IMG/VR virus record: IMGVR_UViG_3300009103_000026
Location: 1,472 to 65,471 of that record
Reading direction: 5' to 3' (one strand)
Length of the DNA: 64,000 nt
Origin: a virus
Lineage: Duplodnaviria > Caudoviricetes
Below, in pieces: positions 1 to 9,300 of this stretch. How positions within the stretch are numbered: the stretch's first letter is position 1; each line of letters begins with the position of its first letter. Under the pieces are notes generated by a model. That model ran no database searches. It saw only the letters and a program-made list of their open reading frames with translations, and had not been told where the DNA came from. The translations under genes were made by a program, and so were the position numbers.

Positions 1-15
1 CAGGTTTATGAAGAA

Positions 16-564
16 ATGAAAATAAAATACCACACCACAATAATTTTAAAGGATGAAGATCTAGACAGACTTGCTGCTAGCATAGAATCTTTAAAATCTC
101 AAGACCCTCAGCCAAAACACGTAACGGTGATAACAACAGTAGACTCCAAAGTCTCTCCTGAAAAACTAAGACGACTATTAGAAGAATGCGGCTTTCCTTG
201 GAAGATACAATCAATGCAGGTTGATATGCCAGAAGCAGAGGCCGTAGACCTAGTTTTATCTGGCTTTTTGCCATCGTATCGAAAGAAACTTCCATTTTAT
301 ATGAGCATCGATTCAGGAGATATTCTGCCAGAAAATTTGATGGAAAAGCTTAGCGACAAAGTTAGTAAAGAACTATTGCAGTTTGCTGTTTTGGAAATTA
401 AACCCGATACACACTCTATAATAGCTTCTACGTATCTGCATAAACACTTAGGGGGGAATAGATTAAAAGAAGAACATGGGGACAACAAAAGTACTTTAAA
501 ACAAGCACTACAAAAGGATGAAGAATGCAATATTCCAATAATGAGCCTAGGGGAAATACTGTAA
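16..564 (+). CDS. Hypothetical protein, possibly a degenerate GT-A/GT2-like fold
   Basis: 182-aa ORF. The N-terminus (TTIILKDEDLDRLAASIESLKSQ..P..VTVI) resembles the first beta-alpha-beta of family-2 glycosyltransferases. First gene of an overlapping plus-strand cluster. Confidence 0.45.
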   Translation: MKIKYHTTIILKDEDLDRLAASIESLKSQDPQPKHVTVITTVDSKVSPEKLRRLLEECGFPWKIQSMQVDMPEAEAVDLVLSGFLPSYRKKLPFYMSIDSGDILPENLMEKLSDKVSKELLQFAVLEIKPDTHSIIASTYLHKHLGGNRLKEEHGDNKSTLKQALQKDEECNIPIMSLGEIL

Positions 565-1169
565 ATTATCCTAAATTAGCAGTAGTAACAACTTCTTCCA
601 GTGCTCCAAAAAATTTTGCCTACGAGGGCGAGTCGTTCGTAATATCAACCCCCTCTTCTCCAGAAAATACTTCTTTGTTTTATAACGAAGTGTTGCATGA
701 AATAATAGATCAGTACGATGTATTTGCTTTTTTAGAGAAGGAGGACGATTTTACTTTTTTAGAATCTTGCAATATGATCGTAAACAGACTATTTAAAAAT
801 GATATGGTGGGGTCTGTTTACTCTGATTGCCTGTCTGCAAATGGAAAAGATTCTTTTTCAGTCTTTGTTCCAACATTTTCTCATGATAATTATCTTGGTA
901 ACAATAAAATATTTCATCAGCCTATTTTTGCGAAAAGAGACGCCCTTAAATATGGGGCAGCTCACTTGTCTAAAGTAAGTTGTTTCTTAGATCAGCCACC
1001 TCAATATTTTGACAGCCGGTTAAAAAGACTGTGCTTCCATGGGCTTCTTGGAGTACTTTCCGGAGGGTGGGTTGTTTCTCATATAGCCGAGCCACTATTC
1101 ACCTGCCAAAATAAAAATTTTGATATCGAAAACTCAAACAGCGACCTCAACATACTTTTTAACAGATAG
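525..1169 (+). CDS. Divergent glycosyltransferase family 2-like protein
   Basis: YDVFAFLEKEDD...VGSVYSD and SHIAEPLF match the GT2 pattern (DxxxFLDxDD...VYSD...HIPEPL), but the DxD reads EKED. Confidence 0.5.
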   Translation: MQYSNNEPRGNTVNYPKLAVVTTSSSAPKNFAYEGESFVISTPSSPENTSLFYNEVLHEIIDQYDVFAFLEKEDDFTFLESCNMIVNRLFKNDMVGSVYSDCLSANGKDSFSVFVPTFSHDNYLGNNKIFHQPIFAKRDALKYGAAHLSKVSCFLDQPPQYFDSRLKRLCFHGLLGVLSGGWVVSHIAEPLFTCQNKNFDIENSNSDLNILFNR

Positions 1170-1174
1170 GCAGC

Positions 1175-1888
1175 ATGGGTTCGACTAGAAACATAGCACA
1201 GGCAAAAGATCTTGGGTCTTTAGATATAATAATACCGGCTGCCGGGGTCGGAAGAAGAATGAAATCTTATGGCTGTAAATCATTAATTAAAATTGATGGA
1301 TCATCATCTATAATAGAAAGACAGATAAATCTAATTAAGAAACACTTAAGTTTTAAAAAGACTATATTGGTATCTGGGTTTGAGTCAGATAAATTAATGA
1401 AAAATACTCCAAAAGATATCTTAAAGGTCGAAAATGAAAGATATGAAGTTACCAACGTTGTCAGAAGCATAGGGATGGGCCTAAGAGTGTCTAAGGCAGA
1501 AAGAATTTTGATTATATACGGAGACCTTGTATTCAACGAAATAACAATGTCAAGAATGCCCGATTTCACCAAGTCCTTTGTTCTTACTGAAGATTGTAAT
1601 GAAATGAGCGAAGATGAAGTTGGTTGCATTGTTGTCAATGGCAGGCTTGAACAGATGTTGCCAGACATACCAAATAAGTGGTCTCAAATCTCCTTTTTTG
1701 CAGGAAGAGAGTTGGAGATATTAAAAAAAATTGCTTGGGATAGAAAGAAGGAAACTTACTTTGGGTTTGAGGCAATAAATAGTATAATAGATAAAGGGGG
1801 CATCTTCAATGCTCACAAAATAAGGGGGTCAAAAATTATAGATATAGACTGTTCAAAGGATTTATCTAGGGTTAAGGAAATAATATGA
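1175..1888 (+). CDS. Nucleotidyltransferase (NTP_transferase / LicC-like phosphocholine or sugar-phosphate cytidylyltransferase family)
   Basis: IIIPAAGVGRRMKSYGCKSL signature, YEVTNVVRS, IIYGDLVF and C-terminal IDIDCSKDL. Confidence 0.85.
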   Translation: MGSTRNIAQAKDLGSLDIIIPAAGVGRRMKSYGCKSLIKIDGSSSIIERQINLIKKHLSFKKTILVSGFESDKLMKNTPKDILKVENERYEVTNVVRSIGMGLRVSKAERILIIYGDLVFNEITMSRMPDFTKSFVLTEDCNEMSEDEVGCIVVNGRLEQMLPDIPNKWSQISFFAGRELEILKKIAWDRKKETYFGFEAINSIIDKGGIFNAHKIRGSKIIDIDCSKDLSRVKEII

Positions 1889-2727
1889 CAACCGCTGTTT
1901 TTTTAGGTTCTGAAAATTTAAATCATGGAGAAACTCTTAGGGGATTGGCCATGTCTCTTGGTTCTGTGAATATGGATTCTATACTATGGCAAAAACATCA
2001 AAAGCCAGTTTTTGACATGCTGCATGAGCTAAGACCAAAGGCCCTATTTTGTTCTTCTTTCGATATTGATAACGATATTTTGAATGCTTTGGATGAATAT
2101 AAAGATACTAGGCTCGTAGCTATTGGATATAGGCCAGAGATACAGTTAACTAAAAATTGTCTAATTTGCTATGAAACAGAAAAACCAGAAGATTATATTG
2201 CGTATCACTTAGAACCAGCAGCAAATACGGCTGCGATAGGAGGTAGTTATAATGAAATATATAAATGTGACATAATGTCTATATGTGAACAAAAGCCATC
2301 TATAATAAATACTATTTTGGCAGACTATCAAATAAAGCTGTTTAGTTTTTTTAATCATATTCAAGATGATTATAGATATCTTGGTAAAATACCATTAAAT
2401 ATGTTTGGTAGCTTGGTGAGGTCTAGCAAAGTCTTTTTAGAAGAACATGGTAGCATACATAATTTAATGAATGCCTTGGCCAACGGAGGATCGGTATTAA
2501 CTAAAAATAAAATTTTTCTAAAAAATGACAGTATAAAAGTTTTTAATGAAGAAAATATTGAAGAAATATTAGAAGAGGCAATAGTCAATAAAAATGATAA
2601 TTCTGATTGTCAGTTTGATATATTAAAAAATCATACATATCTCAATAGGCTTTCAGATATCATGAATATACTGGGCCATACCAAAGAGGCTTCCCTATGC
2701 AAAAAACAAATCACAAATCTAGTGTAG
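1885..2727 (+). CDS. Glycosyltransferase-like protein (GT-B, CgeB/Glyco_trans_1_2-like C-terminus)
   Basis: HLEPAAN and the C-terminal ILKNHTYLNRLSDIM resemble the CgeB-type HTYxxR motif. ATGA overlap with the upstream gene. Confidence 0.55.
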   Translation: MTTAVFLGSENLNHGETLRGLAMSLGSVNMDSILWQKHQKPVFDMLHELRPKALFCSSFDIDNDILNALDEYKDTRLVAIGYRPEIQLTKNCLICYETEKPEDYIAYHLEPAANTAAIGGSYNEIYKCDIMSICEQKPSIINTILADYQIKLFSFFNHIQDDYRYLGKIPLNMFGSLVRSSKVFLEEHGSIHNLMNALANGGSVLTKNKIFLKNDSIKVFNEENIEEILEEAIVNKNDNSDCQFDILKNHTYLNRLSDIMNILGHTKEASLCKKQITNLV

Positions 2728-3191
2728 TAAAAGTAGCCATTCTTACAGAAACACTAGGGATGTCACAAAAGTCAATGTCCTTAACAAAGGGGCTAAACGA
2801 AATAAGCTGGCCATACAAAAATATAGACGCTGCTGTATTTTGTTTAGATGCTAGCGTGCCTCCCGTAATCCCAAGATTTGGCACCTTACCGATGATAAAG
2901 GCTTTTTGCCACGAAGCTATTTTTTTGGCAACTAACCTAGAAACTGCAAGCTTGCTAGTAGATTTTCCTACGGCAGTAAAGAAATATTTTTATATTTGGG
3001 ACTTAGAATGGGTTTGTAAAAATTATAACTATCACGAGATGTTAAGGGTATATTGTAATAACGAATTGAATCTTGTGGCCAGAAGCAAATCTCACTTCAA
3101 GGCTATAAAAAATTCTTGGAAAGAGCCTTGTGGGATCGTAGAAGACTTTGATTCAAAAGCCATACTAAAACTTATAGAAGGGAAAGAGTAA
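2697..3191 (+). CDS. Hypothetical protein, possible stand-alone GT-B N-terminal domain
   Basis: IFLATNLETA...KKYFYIWDLEW...LVARSKSH resembles the N-terminal half of WsaF-like GT-B enzymes. Confidence 0.4.
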   Translation: MQKTNHKSSVVKVAILTETLGMSQKSMSLTKGLNEISWPYKNIDAAVFCLDASVPPVIPRFGTLPMIKAFCHEAIFLATNLETASLLVDFPTAVKKYFYIWDLEWVCKNYNYHEMLRVYCNNELNLVARSKSHFKAIKNSWKEPCGIVEDFDSKAILKLIEGKE

Positions 3192-3976
3192 TGAAATCCG
3201 TATCTTTAACTAAAGAATTTTTAATCGAACAATACCTAGTGAATAAGCGAAGTTTTGCTGATATAGCAAGTCAGCTTGGTACATACCCCAATAAGATAAG
3301 GCGGCAGGCTATCAAGATGGGAATTGAGCCAAGAGATAAAAAGAAGGCTCAGAAAGAAGCCCTTAAATCCGGAAGACATAAGCATCCGACAATGGGCACA
3401 AAAAGAAATAGTAAAATCAAGGAAAAAATTAGTGAAAGTATGGGCAAGGTTTGGGAAAACATGGACAAAAAGGAAAGATCTCATAGGTCTCAGATTGGAA
3501 AAGAACAATGGAATAAAATGACACCAGACCAAAGAAAAGAATTTCACAGACTTTCTCATGAAGCTATAAGAAAAACTAGCAAAGAAGGGTCAAAATTGGA
3601 AAAATATCTCCTAAAACGCTTGACAGAGGATGGTTTTAGAGTAGAATTTCATAAGGAACACCTTGTTGTAAATGAAAAATTGCAGATGGATCTTTTTTTG
3701 CCAGAGCTGAATGTCGCTATTGAAGTTGATGGCCCTTCGCACTTTAAGCCTGTGTGGGGAGAAGATGCTCTAGCTAAAACCCAGAAATCAGACCAACAAA
3801 AAAATGGCCTATTGATTTCTCGCGGAACAACAGTTATCAGGATTAGGCAAGAAAAATGTTTGTCACAAAAGTATCAAAGGGACCTTTATCGTAAATTGTC
3901 TGAATCGTTATCCAAGATTACGAGTGGAAAATTGTCAAAAGATGATATGTATATTGAAATAGGAGATACTAAATGA
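3191..3976 (+). CDS. Free-standing endonuclease: HTH and basic NUMOD3-like DNA-binding segments plus a DUF559/Vsr-like nuclease domain
   Basis: SFADIASQLGTYPNKIRR (HTH), KEKISESM basic repeat, and SKLEKYL...MDLFLPELNVAIEVDGPSHF...DQQKN...G.TVIRI (Vsr/DUF559 pattern). Confidence 0.75.
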   Translation: MKSVSLTKEFLIEQYLVNKRSFADIASQLGTYPNKIRRQAIKMGIEPRDKKKAQKEALKSGRHKHPTMGTKRNSKIKEKISESMGKVWENMDKKERSHRSQIGKEQWNKMTPDQRKEFHRLSHEAIRKTSKEGSKLEKYLLKRLTEDGFRVEFHKEHLVVNEKLQMDLFLPELNVAIEVDGPSHFKPVWGEDALAKTQKSDQQKNGLLISRGTTVIRIRQEKCLSQKYQRDLYRKLSESLSKITSGKLSKDDMYIEIGDTK

Positions 3977-4917
3977 TGACAGTACAAATTGATATTAGTA
4001 AAATGAAGGTTAAGGATATTAAAGATATGTTGGTGAAAGATCATGGTTATGAAGCTTCTGATCTGAACAATACAAAAAAGATGGACCTAATTGAACTTTT
4101 GCAAAGTGAAAGCAATATAGAAAATCTTGATATCAGTTTTGGGGATGGTGATGATACTGGAGACTTTGAAACTAATGACACCTCCTCATCTCCTGCCGCC
4201 CCAGAGACCTTAACCACAACGGAAGAAGCAGAAAGTTTGCTGCCTCCAAGTATATTTGAGCCCTCTTGGAGTGATTATGTTTTGTCTAAGTTTGAACATG
4301 ATGAAATGATAGATGGGAACCCAACGGTAGACGGCCTGAGAAGAGTTACAGAACTGGTCATGGGGGGAATAACAGCCTCAACTACCGAAGTTGTACAGGT
4401 TCCAACTAAAGAGAATAAGGGTCGGGCTACTGCGATACACACAATATCAGTTATTATGCCGGATGGGATTAGTAAGACCGTGTCAGGATCGGGTGATGCT
4501 TGGTATAAAAATGCAGATATGCCATATAGCAAATTTCCGGTGGCTATGGCTGAAACCAGAGCAGAGGGACGAGCACTAAGAAGGCTGTTGCAATTAAGAA
4601 AGGTTGTTGCAGCTGAAGAGCTTTCTCAAAATTTGGATGGGGAGTCAGATTATGGGGATGAGTTTGTAAACGATAACCAAATTAGTTTTATCGATGTTAT
4701 GTGTGGTAAGGGGAATAGGGGTCTTGATATAAGTGTTTATAAGCTGGTGAATTCTGGGTCAAAGACCTATAAAAGCATAAGAGAGGTATCTTATCACACG
4801 GCAACTAAAATAATTCAACAGTTGTCGACGTACCAACAAAACTCGGAGTCCATACCGGAGACACTTAAGGGCTATGAAGATAATTGGAGGGATAGTTTCG
4901 ATGTCAACAATTCGTAA
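3973..4917 (+). CDS. Putative single-strand annealing protein (Rad52/Sak-like) with N-terminal small helical domain and acidic linker
   Basis: PTVDGLRRV...VSGSGDA...VAMAETRAEGRALRRLL resembles the annealase core helix. Adjacent to an SSB-like gene. Confidence 0.55.
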   Translation: MMTVQIDISKMKVKDIKDMLVKDHGYEASDLNNTKKMDLIELLQSESNIENLDISFGDGDDTGDFETNDTSSSPAAPETLTTTEEAESLLPPSIFEPSWSDYVLSKFEHDEMIDGNPTVDGLRRVTELVMGGITASTTEVVQVPTKENKGRATAIHTISVIMPDGISKTVSGSGDAWYKNADMPYSKFPVAMAETRAEGRALRRLLQLRKVVAAEELSQNLDGESDYGDEFVNDNQISFIDVMCGKGNRGLDISVYKLVNSGSKTYKSIREVSYHTATKIIQQLSTYQQNSESIPETLKGYEDNWRDSFDVNNS

Positions 4918-5428
4918 AAAAACTCAGTGGAGAGTCTACAAGCCCAATAAAGAAAAGTCTGGAGCTGCAAGTAGGCTTGAAATGAAAATCGTTAGTGAAG
5001 AAAGGTCCGGTAAAGATGGAAAAGAGTACACCTACAGAGACGTACAAATGTTCTGGGTGGCATCACCACAGACTGGAATAGACTCAAATGGTAACGCCTC
5101 CTTTTCTTGGAAAGATTCAAATGATACTAAATCAATCACATTGAAACTTGGGGAGACTGATATTGGGGAGTTATTGGCTGTCCTTGATGGAGAAAAACCT
5201 GAGGCGGGTAAGGTTGGAGGAAAGTTTCCCGGAATATTTCATCAAAACGCTAGGGGAAATACAACCTTTTCTTTTAAAAGGGCGGAAGGACAGGGTTATT
5301 ATATAAGACTGGCAAAAAAACCAAAGGGAGGGCAGCTAACCGAAGTCAAGCACACCCTCTCTTTTGGTGAAGGTCAGGTTCTTAAAGTATTGTTAAAAAG
5401 GGCGGTTGAGCAAAAGTACCAGTGGTAG
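4901..5428 (+). CDS. Whirly/PC4-like single-stranded DNA-binding protein
   Basis: ATG at 4901 with GGAGG upstream. YKPN..AASRLE, FSW..KSITLKLGETDIGELL, IFHQN, GQGYYIRL and LSFGEGQVLKVLL parallel the Whirly fold motifs. Confidence 0.6.
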   Translation: MSTIRKKTQWRVYKPNKEKSGAASRLEMKIVSEERSGKDGKEYTYRDVQMFWVASPQTGIDSNGNASFSWKDSNDTKSITLKLGETDIGELLAVLDGEKPEAGKVGGKFPGIFHQNARGNTTFSFKRAEGQGYYIRLAKKPKGGQLTEVKHTLSFGEGQVLKVLLKRAVEQKYQW

Positions 5429-5698
5429 TTATGGCAACTTGTCCAATTCTGTTCTAAGTCTAGCTATCTCTGTATTCAGTTCAGAAATTACTTGTGTGTT
5501 TTGTTTAAGAGCCTCATTTATATCTTGAATACTTTTTAGTACTAGTTGCCTATCAAGTAAATAAGGAGATTCTGTTTGTATCATCTTGGAAACGTCTGCT
5601 CTGCTTACGTAATCGCTTGCTTCCACCATCCAGAACCCAACCATCAGAATTAAACAACTGAACGAGCTTACCGCTATAGTTTTCCATAAGTGTGACAT
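5429..5698 (-). CDS. Small membrane protein (N-terminal TM helix plus coiled coil), holin-like
   Basis: IAVSSFSCLILMVGFWMV hydrophobic helix followed by heptad repeats. GGGGG RBS and the late-type promoter motif upstream. Confidence 0.5.
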   Translation of the reverse strand: MSHLWKTIAVSSFSCLILMVGFWMVEASDYVSRADVSKMIQTESPYLLDRQLVLKSIQDINEALKQNTQVISELNTEIARLRTELDKLP

Positions 5699-5733
5699 AA
5701 AAGCCCCCTAAAATAATTATATGTGCCTAATTA

Positions 5734-5743
5734 AATATACACC
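5734..5743 (-). promoter_or_regulatory. Putative late promoter motif GGTGTATATT
   Basis: Same motif as upstream of the portal, protease and tail tube genes. Lies ~35 nt upstream of 5698. Confidence 0.55.
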
Positions 5744-5763
5744 GCAAAAACTGGAGATTATTA

Positions 5764-6267
5764 ATGTTTGAGTCATTTAAAGTTACCCCAGAAAAAGTCT
5801 GTAAGGCCATGGAGATGGGAAAAGTGATTGGTAGGTTAAGAAATTCGATAAGAAAAGGGTCTGGAAATTGGATCGGTTGTTTAGGAGAAATAGTTGTTTC
5901 TGACAGAATCAAAGGAGAAATTGTTGGAACTTACAACCATGATATTTTGAAAAACAACAAAAAAATAGAAGTAAAATCTAAAGAGAGGTCTGTTCCCTTA
6001 AAACCTCACTATGAAGTTTCTATTGCGGTTCCTAGTAAACATCAACGTCCTGATTATTATGTTTTTGTTAGCATACAAACTAACAATGGCAAAGCTAAAA
6101 AAGTTGAAATTGCGGGGTGGATGGAAAGAGATGAGTATTTCAAAAAAGCCAAGTTCTTAAAGAAGGGGGACATAGACCCGTCCAACAACTGGAAAGTCCT
6201 GCTGGACTGTTACAATCTTCGGGTTGACCAGCTAAAGCCTATGGATGATTTTCTTACTGAAACGTAA
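5764..6267 (+). CDS. PD-(D/E)XK (restriction-endonuclease-like) nuclease
   Basis: IGCLGEIVV...HDIL....IEVKSK catalytic pattern and PDYYVFV. Confidence 0.6.
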   Translation: MFESFKVTPEKVCKAMEMGKVIGRLRNSIRKGSGNWIGCLGEIVVSDRIKGEIVGTYNHDILKNNKKIEVKSKERSVPLKPHYEVSIAVPSKHQRPDYYVFVSIQTNNGKAKKVEIAGWMERDEYFKKAKFLKKGDIDPSNNWKVLLDCYNLRVDQLKPMDDFLTET

Positions 6268-6371
6268 CGGCTAAACAATTCTGGTTGGAATTTTCTTACC
6301 TGTTATAAAAAAAGGAGGTACTGGAACACCTACTATTTTGTTTAGATTCGTTACAAGACGACTCAGGGCCT

Positions 6372-9300
6372 CTAAACATCAACATCAGCCTCCCACCTAG
6401 GGGGGTTATCCGGACAAGATTCTGTCGCCCAAGCCAGCTTATTCATAAAATTACCCTTCATGGTAATTCTACAGCCACAAAGACTACAGGCACTTCCAGT
6501 AAAGTGGGGGCATCTCTGGCAAGTTTTAAATATTTCATTTATTCTTTCTTGAGACCTCACGGGCTTTCCATTCTGGGTCCATTTTTGTCTAGCATTCATA
6601 TACCTCTTAGTCTGCTTTGCAAAGCCCCCCCTAGTCCCCTTATTCTTTTCCCATGCCTCCATCTGCATTTTTTCTATATCTTCTTCCTTTGAATCAACAA
6701 CCCTACCCCTATCTTTGGCCGGTACGATTTTATCAATTGAAGGTGCCTTAGTCTCAGGAACCAATTCTTCATTTCTTTTTATCTCCACCATTCCCACTCC
6801 ATTTGTTAACGGGGTTGGATTTTCTGGTCTGGTTTCTCTTTTTTGGGCTCTCTTAACATATTCAACTCTTTGTATTTTATTTTGTCGGGTCTCTCCCTCT
6901 TGCATATGTTCCGTTAAAAATTTCCAGTCTTCACTGGAAAGTACGGGCGAAGCTTTTAATGAGGATGCTTGCAGGAGCCCATGTCCGGAAACCCCTTCTC
7001 CCTTTACTTCGCAAGCACAATTTGGATTCCACACTTCTACTGAGCCGGGCAAATCACAGCAAGTTCCTTCATTAGCAAAACCAGATGCCAAGTAAAATAG
7101 ATTTCTTGTATCTCCATCAGCCTCACAATTAAAATCGTCACAAACCCAGACAGCACTCAGGCCATACTTAGATCCTCCAATTTCTGTAACGAAGGAAGCA
7201 TGTGGGACATTTATTTCTAACCACCTTCTTTCATATTGTTCAGTAACATGCGCATGGTAGTCTGCGCTTGAATCCACATCAGGACCTACCGCACAAAGTT
7301 TTCCGGGGACATCTGGACCCTGTTTAGTAGCTGACTGACGAAAGCTATTAGACACTTCGTGAGCATTGTATCTTGCCCAGTAATTATCTACCCCCATTGG
7401 CCATGCATAGCTTCCCGATGGGTGGGGAGCAGATATAGATTCCCACTTGCCCATTTCTGTATGCTCATACCCAGTAGGATATAGTAACTGACCTTTTGTA
7501 CCAAGTAGAGGTATGGCATTACACTGTTCTTCAGGATCGTTGTAAAACCAGTTTGAGCTACATCTAGTCTCTCTCCACCCATTCAATCCTACAAAATGTA
7601 CTTCTGGAGCAGAGTAATAGCCCGCTCCCACTTCATCAATTACTATAGCACCTGTGCCCAGCGGGATTTGGCCATTTGCATCTACACCAGTAACATAGGC
7701 ATGTCCTCCGCAATACGAATTCAGTCTGCTGCCCGGATCTTGGTCATAGTAAAAAGGAGTGGGCTCAGAACTAAGTCTTCCAGCATTACCCGGATCGTAG
7801 TCTCCTCCTCCCCCCTTAGAACAGGAGTCCTGAAGTCCATAGCCGGGAGCAGTCTTCAATGCTCTCTGAGATGAAAATCTAATGTAGGGAAGTACAGGAG
7901 TTGATATTCCTCTTGAAAGATTTGGTTGTTTATAAGAAATGGCCCTACCAAATTCATCGTAAGAATCTCCTCCGTAAGTTACATATACCCTATCAATACC
8001 AAGCATCCCAGCAGAAAGAGACGTACCATTAGGGTGGCAACACTTCTGATCTACGGTAACTAATTCGCAGTCTTCTTCTGCCGGATCACAACCGGGATCT
8101 TCAATTCTAATAGTAAATGTTTCACATTGATCATTATATTGTTTAGCCCATCTAGCCTCAGCACAATTTGTGCCGCCATACTCATCTGCAAGAGCACGAT
8201 TCCTATCCCATTCTAGCATCCCCGTAGAAAATCCAGAAGGCCAGCATTTGCCTATCGCCGTAGAAGCAGCACTAGTTGTCACCGCAGGATTTACTTCTAA
8301 TTTTCCTTCACATTCAAAGAATGCTTCTGGGGGAAGAAGGTATCCGGTTCCCTCCTCATCCAATACAACCTTGGTCAACGTCATTTCAGCTATGCACTCT
8401 GCGGGAGTCTCGTTTGTTTTGCAGAAAGGATATTCTACCATAGTTACCCTTGGAACACTTGTATACCCATATCCGTGGTTAGTTATGGTTATTCCGGACG
8501 CCATTTCTTGAGATATGGTACCACTACCAAATACAGCTCTTATGTCAGCATCTCTTAGTTTACTTATTATTGTTTGATTAACATCAAGGTCGTCATTACA
8601 TCCAAGGCCCTCGGGGTCCCCACAGCAGTTTAAAAGCCCAATAGCGCCACCGGGCCCATCTATACCAATGCCACCCAAGCCCTCCAAATTGTCCATTTTG
8701 CACCCACCGTCAGTGTCTTCGCCAAATTCAGAATAGTAGAACGCCCCAACAGGAGCAAAGCCTTCATCCATCACAATCCTCTTCACCCCTATTATAGGTA
8801 TGCCGTCAGCATGCTCTCCTTCTCCGGCGCTCCAATCTATTGATGGCATGCCATTTATTTCACCGTCGTCCCCAGCATCAATTATATCTACGGCTATTAT
8901 TTCACCACAATTTACTCTGGCTATACCCTTTGCCTCCCCCGGACCTGATATAGTTACTTCAAAGTCTTCCGTATATCCACACCCTCCGCTACACATAAAG
9001 ACACCAATAACACCCATTACAGGAGTACCTGTAACTGCTCCTTGTGGTCGATCATCAGCAGGCATAAATGAGGCATGGATGGAACCCTTGTCTCCCGGCC
9101 CACCAATTCCGATGTCTGGAAGTTCTCCATCGACAGGCCCCTCGCCTTCTGACATATAATATCCCCACCCCCCATCAACAACTTCTAATGCTACAACAGT
9201 TCCTTCCAGATTTTCAATCTTTGCTTGCGCCCCCCAAGCAGAGGTTCCCGTAGGACTACACTCCCTAGAATTACTATCTCGATGCCCACTTACGGGGGCC

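Noticed and set aside
6305-6345. Possible bidirectional terminator between the convergent genes ending at 6267 and 6372
   Set aside because: Stem is short and imperfect (AGGT/ACCT core); too weak to call.
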